A program made the position numbers and the translations under genes. The notes below the pieces were generated by a model. The model did not search any database and was not told the origin of the DNA. It saw only the letters and a program-made list of their open reading frames with translations. Of a stretch of DNA of 64,000 nt, positions 35,574-43,561 are shown in pieces; position 1 is the stretch's first letter, and each line of letters begins with the position of its first letter. The stretch comes from Actinomycetota bacterium (GTDB taxonomy: Bacteria; Actinomycetota; Acidimicrobiia; Acidimicrobiales; JAMDDE01), in contig JAMDDE010000076.1 in the NCBI GenBank assembly GCA_023489235.1, positions 45,022 to 109,021 of the forward strand, in the 5' to 3' direction.

Positions 35574-36151
35574 AACTATTCGATACACTTCTAGGCCGAA
35601 CCAAACCTGTTCAAGCCAATCTGGACAATTTATTTGCCCTACCGGGAGCAGCGATCACACTGGAGACAGCAGCGGGATACAAACCAACTGGCCGCGCTGG
35701 TGTTTGTTTCAAGCCACCTGCAGGCCAAAGCTTCGCTGACATACGACAAGAGATAGAACAAATCTTGGAGATGCCCGATCCAACCTCGAAGAACAACGCT
35801 CTGCTCAAGGACACCACCGACAACTACGGCTATCAATGGATAGTGGTGACCAATGATGATTTTGATGCATTGGTCACTCAAGTACATGTAGTCAACTCTT
35901 CACTTGCTGAAAATGGATACGGTCCCCAGCTGCTCTGTTCGGTATTCGGATTTGCGAGCACCACAGGAACTGATACGCCAATGTACCTCGTTTACCTATT
36001 CAAACAGGGCAGTTTTTACCCGTTCGCTCCCCTGCCCAACGAACGCAGGGACAACGAAGCAGAACTACGCTTGAAGAGCATCTGTGCAGGAGACCTGCGG
36101 ATTGAGCCTGACCTATCCAGATGGTTTCCAATCTGGGATCTACCGCTTTGA
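35570..36151 (+). CDS. PspA-associated protein (PspAB-like)
   Basis: 193 aa, starting MKLFDTLLGRTKPVQANLDNLFALPGAAITLE. It overlaps the htpX stop by 4 nt. Family name is from memory only. Confidence 0.45.
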   Translation: MKLFDTLLGRTKPVQANLDNLFALPGAAITLETAAGYKPTGRAGVCFKPPAGQSFADIRQEIEQILEMPDPTSKNNALLKDTTDNYGYQWIVVTNDDFDALVTQVHVVNSSLAENGYGPQLLCSVFGFASTTGTDTPMYLVYLFKQGSFYPFAPLPNERRDNEAELRLKSICAGDLRIEPDLSRWFPIWDLPL

Positions 36152-36401
36152 ATACGGTTCACTGAAGACGTTCCTGCCCTCTCTTGTCCTCATCCCTCTG
36201 GGCATCCCTGTACAAGACTTTCAATACGTACACATGTCCTTGGCTAGAAAGACTACTAATACGAAGTTAGCCACATATGCAACTATCTGTAGCTGAGATC
36301 AAGTTCATCTCCTATATCTGGGAAGAACAATGTATCAATACAAAGTTGCTTTTGGGATAAGGCCATGTACAACCATTCGATGAAAGTGTAACAAAAATTT
36401 A

Positions 36402-36428
36402 ATACCCCTCCCCAGGGGGGTGGGGTAT
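36402..36428. promoter_or_regulatory. CsoR operator (GC-rich pseudo-palindrome) overlapping a TATACT -10-like box
   Basis: ATACCCCTCCCCAGGGGGGTGGGGTAT is a near-perfect inverted repeat of the ATACCC..GGGTAT type known for CsoR-family operators. TATACT follows at 36425-36430. Confidence 0.7.
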
Positions 36429-36836
36429 ACTAAAAGTGTGATACCCGAGCACAAACAAGCGGCACTGCAAAGACTGAAGACCATTAGAGGGCACCTCGAT
36501 GGACTCATCAAAATGGTCGATTCAGAGGTGTACTGCCCGGAATTGATGAAACAAGTAGCCGCTGTACAGGCTTCGCTGGAACGCGTCAATCGCATTCTTC
36601 TTCAAAACCATCTGGAGACCTGTGTCACCGAAGCAATCCAACAAGGTGGTGGCAGAGAGAAGATAGCTGAGCTAATCGAGGCATTGAGATATAACGGTGG
36701 CCTGACCGACTTTCGTGAGCGAGGATCGGATGCCTTTGATACAACATTATTGAACGGACATACGAGCTGTAGAGAAAGCTCAACGAACAAGGATGGAGAG
36801 ACAGCCAAACAGCGGATGGATCACGGTGGATGCTGA
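36420..36836 (+). CDS. csoR: CsoR-family copper-sensing repressor
   Basis: LQRLKTIRGHLDGLIKMVDSEVYCPELMKQVAAVQASLERVNRILLQNHLETC contains the Cys/His ligand pattern. The track start, GTG at 36420, lies inside the operator. GTG at 36438 is more likely, giving a near-leaderless transcript. Confidence 0.85.
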   Translation: MGYTKSVIPEHKQAALQRLKTIRGHLDGLIKMVDSEVYCPELMKQVAAVQASLERVNRILLQNHLETCVTEAIQQGGGREKIAELIEALRYNGGLTDFRERGSDAFDTTLLNGHTSCRESSTNKDGETAKQRMDHGGC

Positions 36837-36970
36837 TGTGGACAACTATGCCCTCGGTCATTGGGTGGGAGTACTAGCTAGACGAATTTGCTCTCGGAAA
36901 GGAGCAATGTATCAAAGGTCTGCCATTTGTTCGATGGAAACAAGAAACAAGAAAGAGGAAATAAGGGTAA

Positions 36971-39220
36971 GTGAACAAGAGTATTCCTTTGTCAACTGAG
37001 AACCAATCGGTTGATACTACCCCCGACGATGGCCACTTGGCCCATCCAGTGCTAGACCTTACTGTCTTGGACATAAAAGGCATGACCTGTGCCTCTTGCG
37101 TAAGGCGAGTGGAAAAGGCTATCTCCTCTGTAGAAGGGGTAAAGGCTGCTAGTGTAAACCTGGCTACCGAAAAGGCAGAGGTTTCCCTGGAAGGTTCTGT
37201 ATCACCAGAACAACTAATCGAGGCTGTAAGACGAGTTGGCTACGAAGCAGAACTGGAGATTGCAGATACCGACATCAACCCCGTCGAAAAACGACGGGTG
37301 CAACGTACGGCTGAACTACATAGACGTCAGCTGCAGTTGGCAACGGGTATAGCCTTCAGCATAGGAGTCCTAGTAGTGGAGTACGGTTTCCCTCATGCAT
37401 CTTGGTCGAGGCTAACCCAACTCCTTCTTGCACTCCCTGTATATCTGTGGGTTGGTTGGCTCTTCCACCGCCCGGCGATAGTATCCGCCTTGCACGGCAG
37501 CGTAAACATGGACACTTTGGTTTCTCTTGGATCAACTGTCGCTTTCATCTACTCCGTTGTAGCCACTATCTTCATCCCCAGGGCAGCCACCTACTTCGAT
37601 GTGGCAGCTTTGATCATAACTTTCATCTCCATAGGCAAGTACCTGGAAATAGTAGCTAAGGGCAAGGCATCTCAAGCAATCGAGATGCTGGCCTTGCTCC
37701 AGCCTCAGATCGCCCACCGACTGGGGAAGGGAGATACAGTTATGGATACACCTGTAGACCGGTTGGTTCTGCAGGATAAGGTACTAATCAAGCCAGGAGA
37801 GCGAGTACCAATCGATGGTCTGGTGGTAGAGGGAGACTCTGAAGTGGACTGCTCGACCATGACCGGCGAGTCCATGCCCGTACATGTCAAGCCAGGAGAC
37901 AGTGTGTTAGCTGGTACAGTCAATGGTTCTGGGCCATTGGTCGTCGAGGTGAATCGTACAAGTGACAATACAGTTCTCGCTCAGATCATCTCTTTGGTCG
38001 AGAAAGCACAAGCCGAGAAGGCTCCTATCCAACGACTGGCCGACCGAGTATCAGCTGTATTCGTTCCAGTGATCATAGCGATTTCATTAGCAACCTTTGG
38101 GGGGTGGCTGCTGTACAGCCACAACTTCACTGAGGCCATGATTCCAGCTGTTGCAGCTCTAGTGATTGCTTGCCCTTGTGCCCTTGGGCTAGCTACTCCT
38201 GTAGCAGTGATGGTCTCTTCTGGCAAGGGAGCTGAGATGGGCCTCCTCATCAGAGGTGGAGAGACCTTGGAACAAATTCATGCACTGACTGCGATCGTCG
38301 TAGACAAGACAGGTACTTTGACCATGGGTGAACCAACCGTGGTAGATATGCTCCCCCTGGGAGATCGAGATCTCCACACTGCACTAAGCCTAGTTGCTCG
38401 CATAGAGGCCACATCGGAACATCCGTTGGCTAAAGCGATAGTTCGTAAAGCGCAAGAGTACGGAGTGAGTATAGAGCGTACTTCTCTTGAATCGGTCAAG
38501 AGTATACCCGGAATGGGGATAGAGGGCACGATCGACCAAAAGGTGATAAGAGTAGGGGCAGCTACATGGATCGAGGGTTTTATCGGAAAAAGCCATATTC
38601 CAAACGAGCTGTCGGCGGCCGATAAGACGATCGTGCTAGCAGCAGAGGACAATCATCCCATCTTAGTGTTGGCTATTGCTGATCCTCTGCGTCCCGATGC
38701 TGTTGCAGGTATTGCGAAGCTGCACTCCATGGGGCTCAAAGTCATACTCGCCACTGGAGACAATGAAGTTACCGCCCAGTCAATCGCACATCAACTAGGA
38801 ATAGACGAAGTGCACTCGCAGATGACTCCGCAGAGCAAAGCAGAACTGGTCTCCTCTCTTCAAAAAGTTGAAAAAGGCAAGCTGGCTATGGTGGGTGATG
38901 GAGTAAATGATGCACTTGCCTTGACCGTAGCCGACGTAGGGATAGCCATGGGAACCGGTAGCGGCACAGCTATGGCGAGTGCAGCCATCACTCTGGTGCA
39001 CGGAGACATAGGGGCTGTGGCTGACGCCATAGCTTTGTCCAAGGCCACCTTGTCTATCATCAAGCAGAATTTGGCCTGGGCATTTGGGTACAACTTGGTT
39101 TTGGTACCTCTTGCTGCTTTCGGGACAATACCTCCAGTTGCTGCTGCAGCCGCGATGGCGGCCAGTTCGGTAAGTGTAGTAACCAACTCGTTAAGACTCC
39201 GGCGGTTCCACAATGGCTGA
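36971..39220 (+). CDS. copA: Copper-translocating P1B-type ATPase
   Basis: An N-terminal HMA domain with GMTCASC, the transmembrane CPC motif, DKTGTLT and GDGVNDA. Confidence 0.93.
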   Translation: MNKSIPLSTENQSVDTTPDDGHLAHPVLDLTVLDIKGMTCASCVRRVEKAISSVEGVKAASVNLATEKAEVSLEGSVSPEQLIEAVRRVGYEAELEIADTDINPVEKRRVQRTAELHRRQLQLATGIAFSIGVLVVEYGFPHASWSRLTQLLLALPVYLWVGWLFHRPAIVSALHGSVNMDTLVSLGSTVAFIYSVVATIFIPRAATYFDVAALIITFISIGKYLEIVAKGKASQAIEMLALLQPQIAHRLGKGDTVMDTPVDRLVLQDKVLIKPGERVPIDGLVVEGDSEVDCSTMTGESMPVHVKPGDSVLAGTVNGSGPLVVEVNRTSDNTVLAQIISLVEKAQAEKAPIQRLADRVSAVFVPVIIAISLATFGGWLLYSHNFTEAMIPAVAALVIACPCALGLATPVAVMVSSGKGAEMGLLIRGGETLEQIHALTAIVVDKTGTLTMGEPTVVDMLPLGDRDLHTALSLVARIEATSEHPLAKAIVRKAQEYGVSIERTSLESVKSIPGMGIEGTIDQKVIRVGAATWIEGFIGKSHIPNELSAADKTIVLAAEDNHPILVLAIADPLRPDAVAGIAKLHSMGLKVILATGDNEVTAQSIAHQLGIDEVHSQMTPQSKAELVSSLQKVEKGKLAMVGDGVNDALALTVADVGIAMGTGSGTAMASAAITLVHGDIGAVADAIALSKATLSIIKQNLAWAFGYNLVLVPLAAFGTIPPVAAAAAMAASSVSVVTNSLRLRRFHNG

Positions 39221-39288
39221 GGTGACACCGCCTCACCTTTGGGCGTCGGTAAAATCAAACTCCTCCGGCGGTTCCACAATGGCTGAGG
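39197..39288 (+). repeat. 26-bp direct repeat duplicating the last codons and stop of copA
   Basis: CTCCGGCGGTTCCACAATGGCTGAGG occurs at 39197-39222 (the end of copA, RRFHNG-stop) and again identically at 39263-39288. A small hairpin, GGTGA..TCACC followed by TTT, lies between the copies. Confidence 0.9.
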
Positions 39289-39387
39289 AGAACTCGACCT
39301 TCTTGGTGAACAATTGTAGGACAAAGCTGGAAGAACAATAGCAGGGTGAGCAATAGTACTAGAGACTTGAAAGGAGAACTAACTGTC

Positions 39388-39594
39388 ATGGCGAGTATGT
39401 CAGCTGTAGCAGAAGATATATCTTGCAATCATTGCAAGCACACTATTGAGAGTGCATTGGGCTCGTACAAAGGCATACAGAAAGTATCGGTGGACGTTGA
39501 TAGCAAAACAGTGGAGGTCGACTACGACGATACCCAGGTAAGCTGGGAAGAGATCAGCTCAGAGCTTGCCGAGATAGGTTATCCGGTGAGTTGA
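39388..39594 (+). CDS. copZ: Heavy-metal-associated (HMA) domain copper chaperone
   Basis: 68 aa with the CxxC motif ISCNHCKHTIESAL and a beta-alpha-beta-beta-alpha-beta-like length. AAAGGAG lies about 9 nt upstream of ATG 39388. The track start is GTG at 39346. Confidence 0.8.
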   Translation: MASMSAVAEDISCNHCKHTIESALGSYKGIQKVSVDVDSKTVEVDYDDTQVSWEEISSELAEIGYPVS

Positions 39595-39603
39595 CCAGTA
39601 GGC

Positions 39604-39810
39604 ATGAGCTCGACCTCTATAACTGAAGGAGAGATCAGCTACTGCAGCTATTGCGGCCAACCTTACGGCTCGTGCAGGGGAAGCTGTAGAAACAACCTCG
39701 ATCCACCACGCTTCTGTCCCGTGTGCGGTTATCGACTAAGCGTTATAATCACACCGCTTGGCTTCCGTGCCAAGTGCAGAACCCATGGGGAGTTGGATTT
39801 GGCACATTAG
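39604..39810 (+). CDS. Small Cys-rich zinc-ribbon protein of unknown function
   Basis: 68 aa with CSYCGQPYGSCRGSC..FCPVCGY, i.e. two CxxC pairs plus extra Cys residues. It begins 10 nt after the copZ stop, on the same strand. Confidence 0.45.
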   Translation: MSSTSITEGEISYCSYCGQPYGSCRGSCRNNLDPPRFCPVCGYRLSVIITPLGFRAKCRTHGELDLAH

Positions 39811-39822
39811 CTAATGCAAGTG

Positions 39823-40488
39823 TCAACTCTTGGGAACTTCTAGGCTATTGGTGACTTCAGTCAGCGATGAAGCCACCAACAAGCCCTCATGCTGCTCCAG
39901 CCACTCACGGTTCCGTTGATGCAATGGAGATTGGTAGTCGTAGCGGTTCAAGAATACGATGGTTCGAGGCAGCTTGGACAGTGCGGCCACGGCAAGTCGC
40001 ACATGGCTTATCGTCCCTAGTCCAGGATGAGCTACCAGTATTGCCGCATCAACTCCTGCAGCAACGAGGAGATCGGCTGCGTCGCCATCGCTGGCTTGGG
40101 GAGAGCCAACTCCTCCGGCTGTCTCTATCAAACCGATATTCACCGGTGGTTCCGGCCAATATAGATCAGCAAGCAGATCAGCAATGGTAAAAAGTGATCT
40201 CCCTAAGGCTTCTGCTGCCATTGGTGGGGCCATTGGCAACTCGTACCACCGCTCTGGTGGACATACCGTAGTTGGCCTCTCCCCACTAGCCTCTGCCAAC
40301 AGTTCAGCATCGGTAGAGCCAGCATCGACAGGATCGAATGATTGGGCAAGCTTTCTTGCGGCTACATCAAGCCCTATCCTTCGGAGTTGCGTGAGGAGAG
40401 CGACAGAGAAAAAGGTCTTACCTACCTCGGTATCTGTACCGCAAACTCCTATAAGATATGTGGGACGCATTTTCATACGCACCTTCAA
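39823..40488 (-). CDS. bioD: Dethiobiotin synthetase
   Basis: LIGVCGTDTEVGKTFFSVAL is the P-loop-like BioD N-terminus, with ETAGGVGSP further in. The true start may be an internal ATG (40476 or 40470). Confidence 0.78.
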   Translation of the reverse strand: MKVRMKMRPTYLIGVCGTDTEVGKTFFSVALLTQLRRIGLDVAARKLAQSFDPVDAGSTDAELLAEASGERPTTVCPPERWYELPMAPPMAAEALGRSLFTIADLLADLYWPEPPVNIGLIETAGGVGSPQASDGDAADLLVAAGVDAAILVAHPGLGTISHVRLAVAALSKLPRTIVFLNRYDYQSPLHQRNREWLEQHEGLLVASSLTEVTNSLEVPKS

Positions 40489-40674
40489 GTTTAGAGTGTG
40501 CCTGCTCGCAGGACACTCATTGATACCATGTTTCGGGACTACCGCTGTATCTTCGACACACCTGGAGATAGGTTCAGCATCACCTAGAGTCGTTGTCGAG
40601 GTTCTGGCAGGGACAGCAGCAGTGCCGTGAAAGAGGAACCCTGCTTCAGCTATGGGAGAGGGTTGGACTAGACA

Positions 40675-41643
40675 TCAGATGGACGAACCAGCAAATCGAT
40701 TGAGCAGCGCTTCGGCTCCTGAAGTAATGGCAGTTATGAATTCAGCCGCAGTTGTTTCTTTCTTGACCAGCCCAACTGATTGCCCCGCGTAGATGAACGC
40801 CGTATCGTAATCTCCGGTCTTGATGGCTTGCATGAGAACCTCTCTCGCCTCCTCGGAGTTGCTCAACTCTTCCTCGCTGCCATGCCAGGTATCAGTAAAT
40901 TGATTGCGCAACGCTCTGCCTGGGAAGGCAATAGGCCAACCAGCACCTTGAGCGATGTCGAATACCCTTGTAGAAATGGTATCTCCAGGTCCAGCACGCA
41001 GTATTCGTTGTCTTGCCTCTGGACTCGTTGCACTCTCCGTGCAAGCAAGGAATGGAGTCCCAATCCACGCGCCTGCTGCTCCTGCAGCCAAAACGGCAGC
41101 CAGTCCTGAAGCTGTGGCTATACCTCCCGCAGCCACTACAGGAATGCTATCGGCTATCTCCAACACCACTTGGAGGAGTACTAGCGTACTCATTTCGTCA
41201 CGCCCATGTCCTCCTCCCTCTCCACCACGAGCTACAAGGATATCCACCGATGCCTCAATGGCCTCTGCAGCCTCCTCGACGCTCCCAACCTGAGCAGCCA
41301 CCCGTAGCCCAGCCGCCTTGAAAGCTGAAATATACTTGGTCAAAGTGCCAAACGATACTGAAACCAAGTCAGGACGTTGAGCAATCGTGGCATCTACCAT
41401 CTCTGGATGGTCGTCGAGCACCCATGCCATCAAGCCAATACCATACGGTTTTCCCCCCTGTTTGGCCTCTGCAGCCTCCTCTGCGATGCTCTCAGGAGTG
41501 TCGGCATTGCCCGCGGCAATCATCCCCAAACCACCAGCGGCGGAAATGGCTGCTGCAAGCTTCCCCCCACCTACCTTGTACATAGGAGCACCAATAATTG
41601 GCACTTCTATGTTCAACAAATCACATACTGTGGTGTGCAGCAC
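40675..41643 (-). CDS. Nitronate monooxygenase / NPD-family FMN oxidoreductase
   Basis: IIGAPMYKVGGGKLAAAISAAGGLGMIAAG, VARGGEGGGH and PVVAAGGIATASG match the NMO (2-nitropropane dioxygenase-like) pattern. Confidence 0.8.
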   Translation of the reverse strand: MLHTTVCDLLNIEVPIIGAPMYKVGGGKLAAAISAAGGLGMIAAGNADTPESIAEEAAEAKQGGKPYGIGLMAWVLDDHPEMVDATIAQRPDLVSVSFGTLTKYISAFKAAGLRVAAQVGSVEEAAEAIEASVDILVARGGEGGGHGRDEMSTLVLLQVVLEIADSIPVVAAGGIATASGLAAVLAAGAAGAWIGTPFLACTESATSPEARQRILRAGPGDTISTRVFDIAQGAGWPIAFPGRALRNQFTDTWHGSEEELSNSEEAREVLMQAIKTGDYDTAFIYAGQSVGLVKKETTAAEFITAITSGAEALLNRFAGSSI

Positions 41644-41698
41644 AAACTTTTAGTTTAATGCTTCTTGGACGGCAAATGATCACACGCTCCAAAAATGA

Positions 41699-42175
41699 TC
41701 ACGTCTCCAAGGGTCCGGCATCCTCACTGCCTTGACGAATTCCTTGCCCTGCCCTACGCGTAAGTTGTTCCGGCTCATAGAGCAACCAATAAGCATTACG
41801 GGCATGCTTCCTCGCCCGGTCATGGCATATGGCAGCAAGAGCTTTTGGATCATCTGCTTCAGTCTCGTAAACAAAGACTTCCAGTATGTGCGTGTTGGTC
41901 ATCAACTCAGCCATGGCTAGGGCTTGTGATGCCTCATGAGCACACACTTGATCTACAGGTGCACTGCCGGCCATACCCAACGCCACTACGGTTCTGCAAG
42001 CATGTTCCTCGATAAGTATTTTGGCCTCAACAGCAAGATCCTTGAAACCAGGAACGGTCCTGTAGAGGATCTCGAACCTCTCTCCATACCCAGGACAAGA
42101 ACGTAACTCAGCTAGAGCAGTAGAACCCATATCCACTCTGGCAAACATCGTATCTACAACGCCTATGCGATCCAT
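41699..42175 (-). CDS. Archaeal-type riboflavin synthase (lumazine-synthase fold)
   Basis: GVVDTMFARVDMGS..YRTVPGFKDLAVEAKILIEE..ALGMAGSAPVDQVCAHEASQALAMAELMTNTHILEVFVYE..YWLLYEPEQLTRRAGQGIRQGSEDAGP is collinear with the Methanocaldococcus jannaschii riboflavin synthase sequence as I recall it. Confidence 0.72.
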   Translation of the reverse strand: MDRIGVVDTMFARVDMGSTALAELRSCPGYGERFEILYRTVPGFKDLAVEAKILIEEHACRTVVALGMAGSAPVDQVCAHEASQALAMAELMTNTHILEVFVYETEADDPKALAAICHDRARKHARNAYWLLYEPEQLTRRAGQGIRQGSEDAGPLET

Positions 42176-42274
42176 ATGAAGACACTATCCTTATTCGGGA
42201 TGAACAATGAATTCGATCGCAACTGCATGGAGGATGGCACCTCAATAGGGAGAGGAGGACTAGCGGCAGATCCC

Positions 42275-43561
42275 ATGGGCACAAAGGAGGCTTGGATCTA
42301 CAGGGATATGAGCCATGTATGGCATGGCTTCACCCAGATGTCCACCTTCACCGATTGGGAGCCCATCATCGTAGAATCAGGTGATGGGAGATATCTCATA
42401 GACGTTGATGGCAAGAGGTACTTCGATGCCATCTCATCTTTATGGGTGACCACTCTCGGACATTGCATCCCAGAGCTCAACAAAGCCATCATTGATCAGT
42501 TAGGCCGCATTGCTCATTCGACCTTACTGGGAAATGGCAATGTAGCAGTTGTCGAGTTGGCCGAACAACTTGCTCAAGTAGTTCCAGTCAACTCCCCCCA
42601 CTTCTTGTTCGCCTCCGATGGTGCCAGTGCAGTTGAACAGGGTATAAAAATTGCCTTTCAGTACTGGCACAACCAAGGAGCGAAGGGCAAGAACACCTAT
42701 TTGAGCTTCACGGATGCATACCATGGTGACACGATTGGAGCGATGTCCATAGGAGACAAGGGATTCGGCACCGACCTGTTTGATCCCCTTCGCTTCGAAA
42801 TCATCCGTACTCCTGGGTACCAAAATAAAGATTGGCTTGAACTAGCGGCAAGAAGCATAACTGACAACGCCCACAGGATTGCAGCTGTAGTAGTAGAGCC
42901 GATAGTGCAAGCTGCATCTGGAATGCACATTACTGATCCCGCTAAGCTTGCCCAACTTGCTGAGATCTGCACAAGACATGGGGTTCTCCTCGTCTTCGAT
43001 GAAGTGGCAACCGGTTTCGGCAGGACGGGAGTACTGTTCGCATCAGAGCTTTGCGGAGTACAGCCAGACATACTGTGCATAGGCAAAGGGTTGACTGGGG
43101 GATATCTACCAATGTCCGCAACGGTCGTATCCGAAGCAGTCTATGCAGAATTTCTCGGACAAAATGAAAGAGCTTTGTACCATGGTCACTCCTATGGGGG
43201 GAACGCGCTGGCAGCTGCTGTTGCAAAGCGGCATCTAGAACTCATCAACTCTTGGAACGTGCTGGACAATGTAACCACTAGAGCCAAGGAATTGTCTTAT
43301 CTACTAGAGGAGAGGATACGGCCTTGCAAGGGAGTGAGAGACATACGTCATGCAGGGCTGATGTGCGGCATAGAGGTGGATCCCTATGCGGATGTGCCAG
43401 GAAAGAGAGGAAAAGAAATTTGTGCTTTTGCAACACGTAACGGTATTCTCCTCCGACCGCTTGGTGATGTCGTAGTGTTGATGCCACCACTTACAACTAC
43501 CGCAGAAGAGCTGGAGATGGTGGTAGCCACAGTGCAGGAGGCACTGGTAGCAAATGGCTGA
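42275..43561 (+). CDS. bioA: Adenosylmethionine-8-amino-7-oxononanoate aminotransferase
   Basis: VWHGFTQM, DEVATGFGRTG and the class III aminotransferase pattern. The track ORF starts at 42176 and abuts the divergent gene, so an internal ATG (42275) is more plausible. Confidence 0.88.
   Translation: MGTKEAWIYRDMSHVWHGFTQMSTFTDWEPIIVESGDGRYLIDVDGKRYFDAISSLWVTTLGHCIPELNKAIIDQLGRIAHSTLLGNGNVAVVELAEQLAQVVPVNSPHFLFASDGASAVEQGIKIAFQYWHNQGAKGKNTYLSFTDAYHGDTIGAMSIGDKGFGTDLFDPLRFEIIRTPGYQNKDWLELAARSITDNAHRIAAVVVEPIVQAASGMHITDPAKLAQLAEICTRHGVLLVFDEVATGFGRTGVLFASELCGVQPDILCIGKGLTGGYLPMSATVVSEAVYAEFLGQNERALYHGHSYGGNALAAAVAKRHLELINSWNVLDNVTTRAKELSYLLEERIRPCKGVRDIRHAGLMCGIEVDPYADVPGKRGKEICAFATRNGILLRPLGDVVVLMPPLTTTAEELEMVVATVQEALVANG

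Noticed and set aside
42195-42225. Possible BioQ/BirA operator near bioA (TGAACAATGAATTC).
   Set aside because: The second half-site does not match the GTTCA of the BioQ consensus, and the sequence may lie inside the coding region if an earlier bioA start is used.
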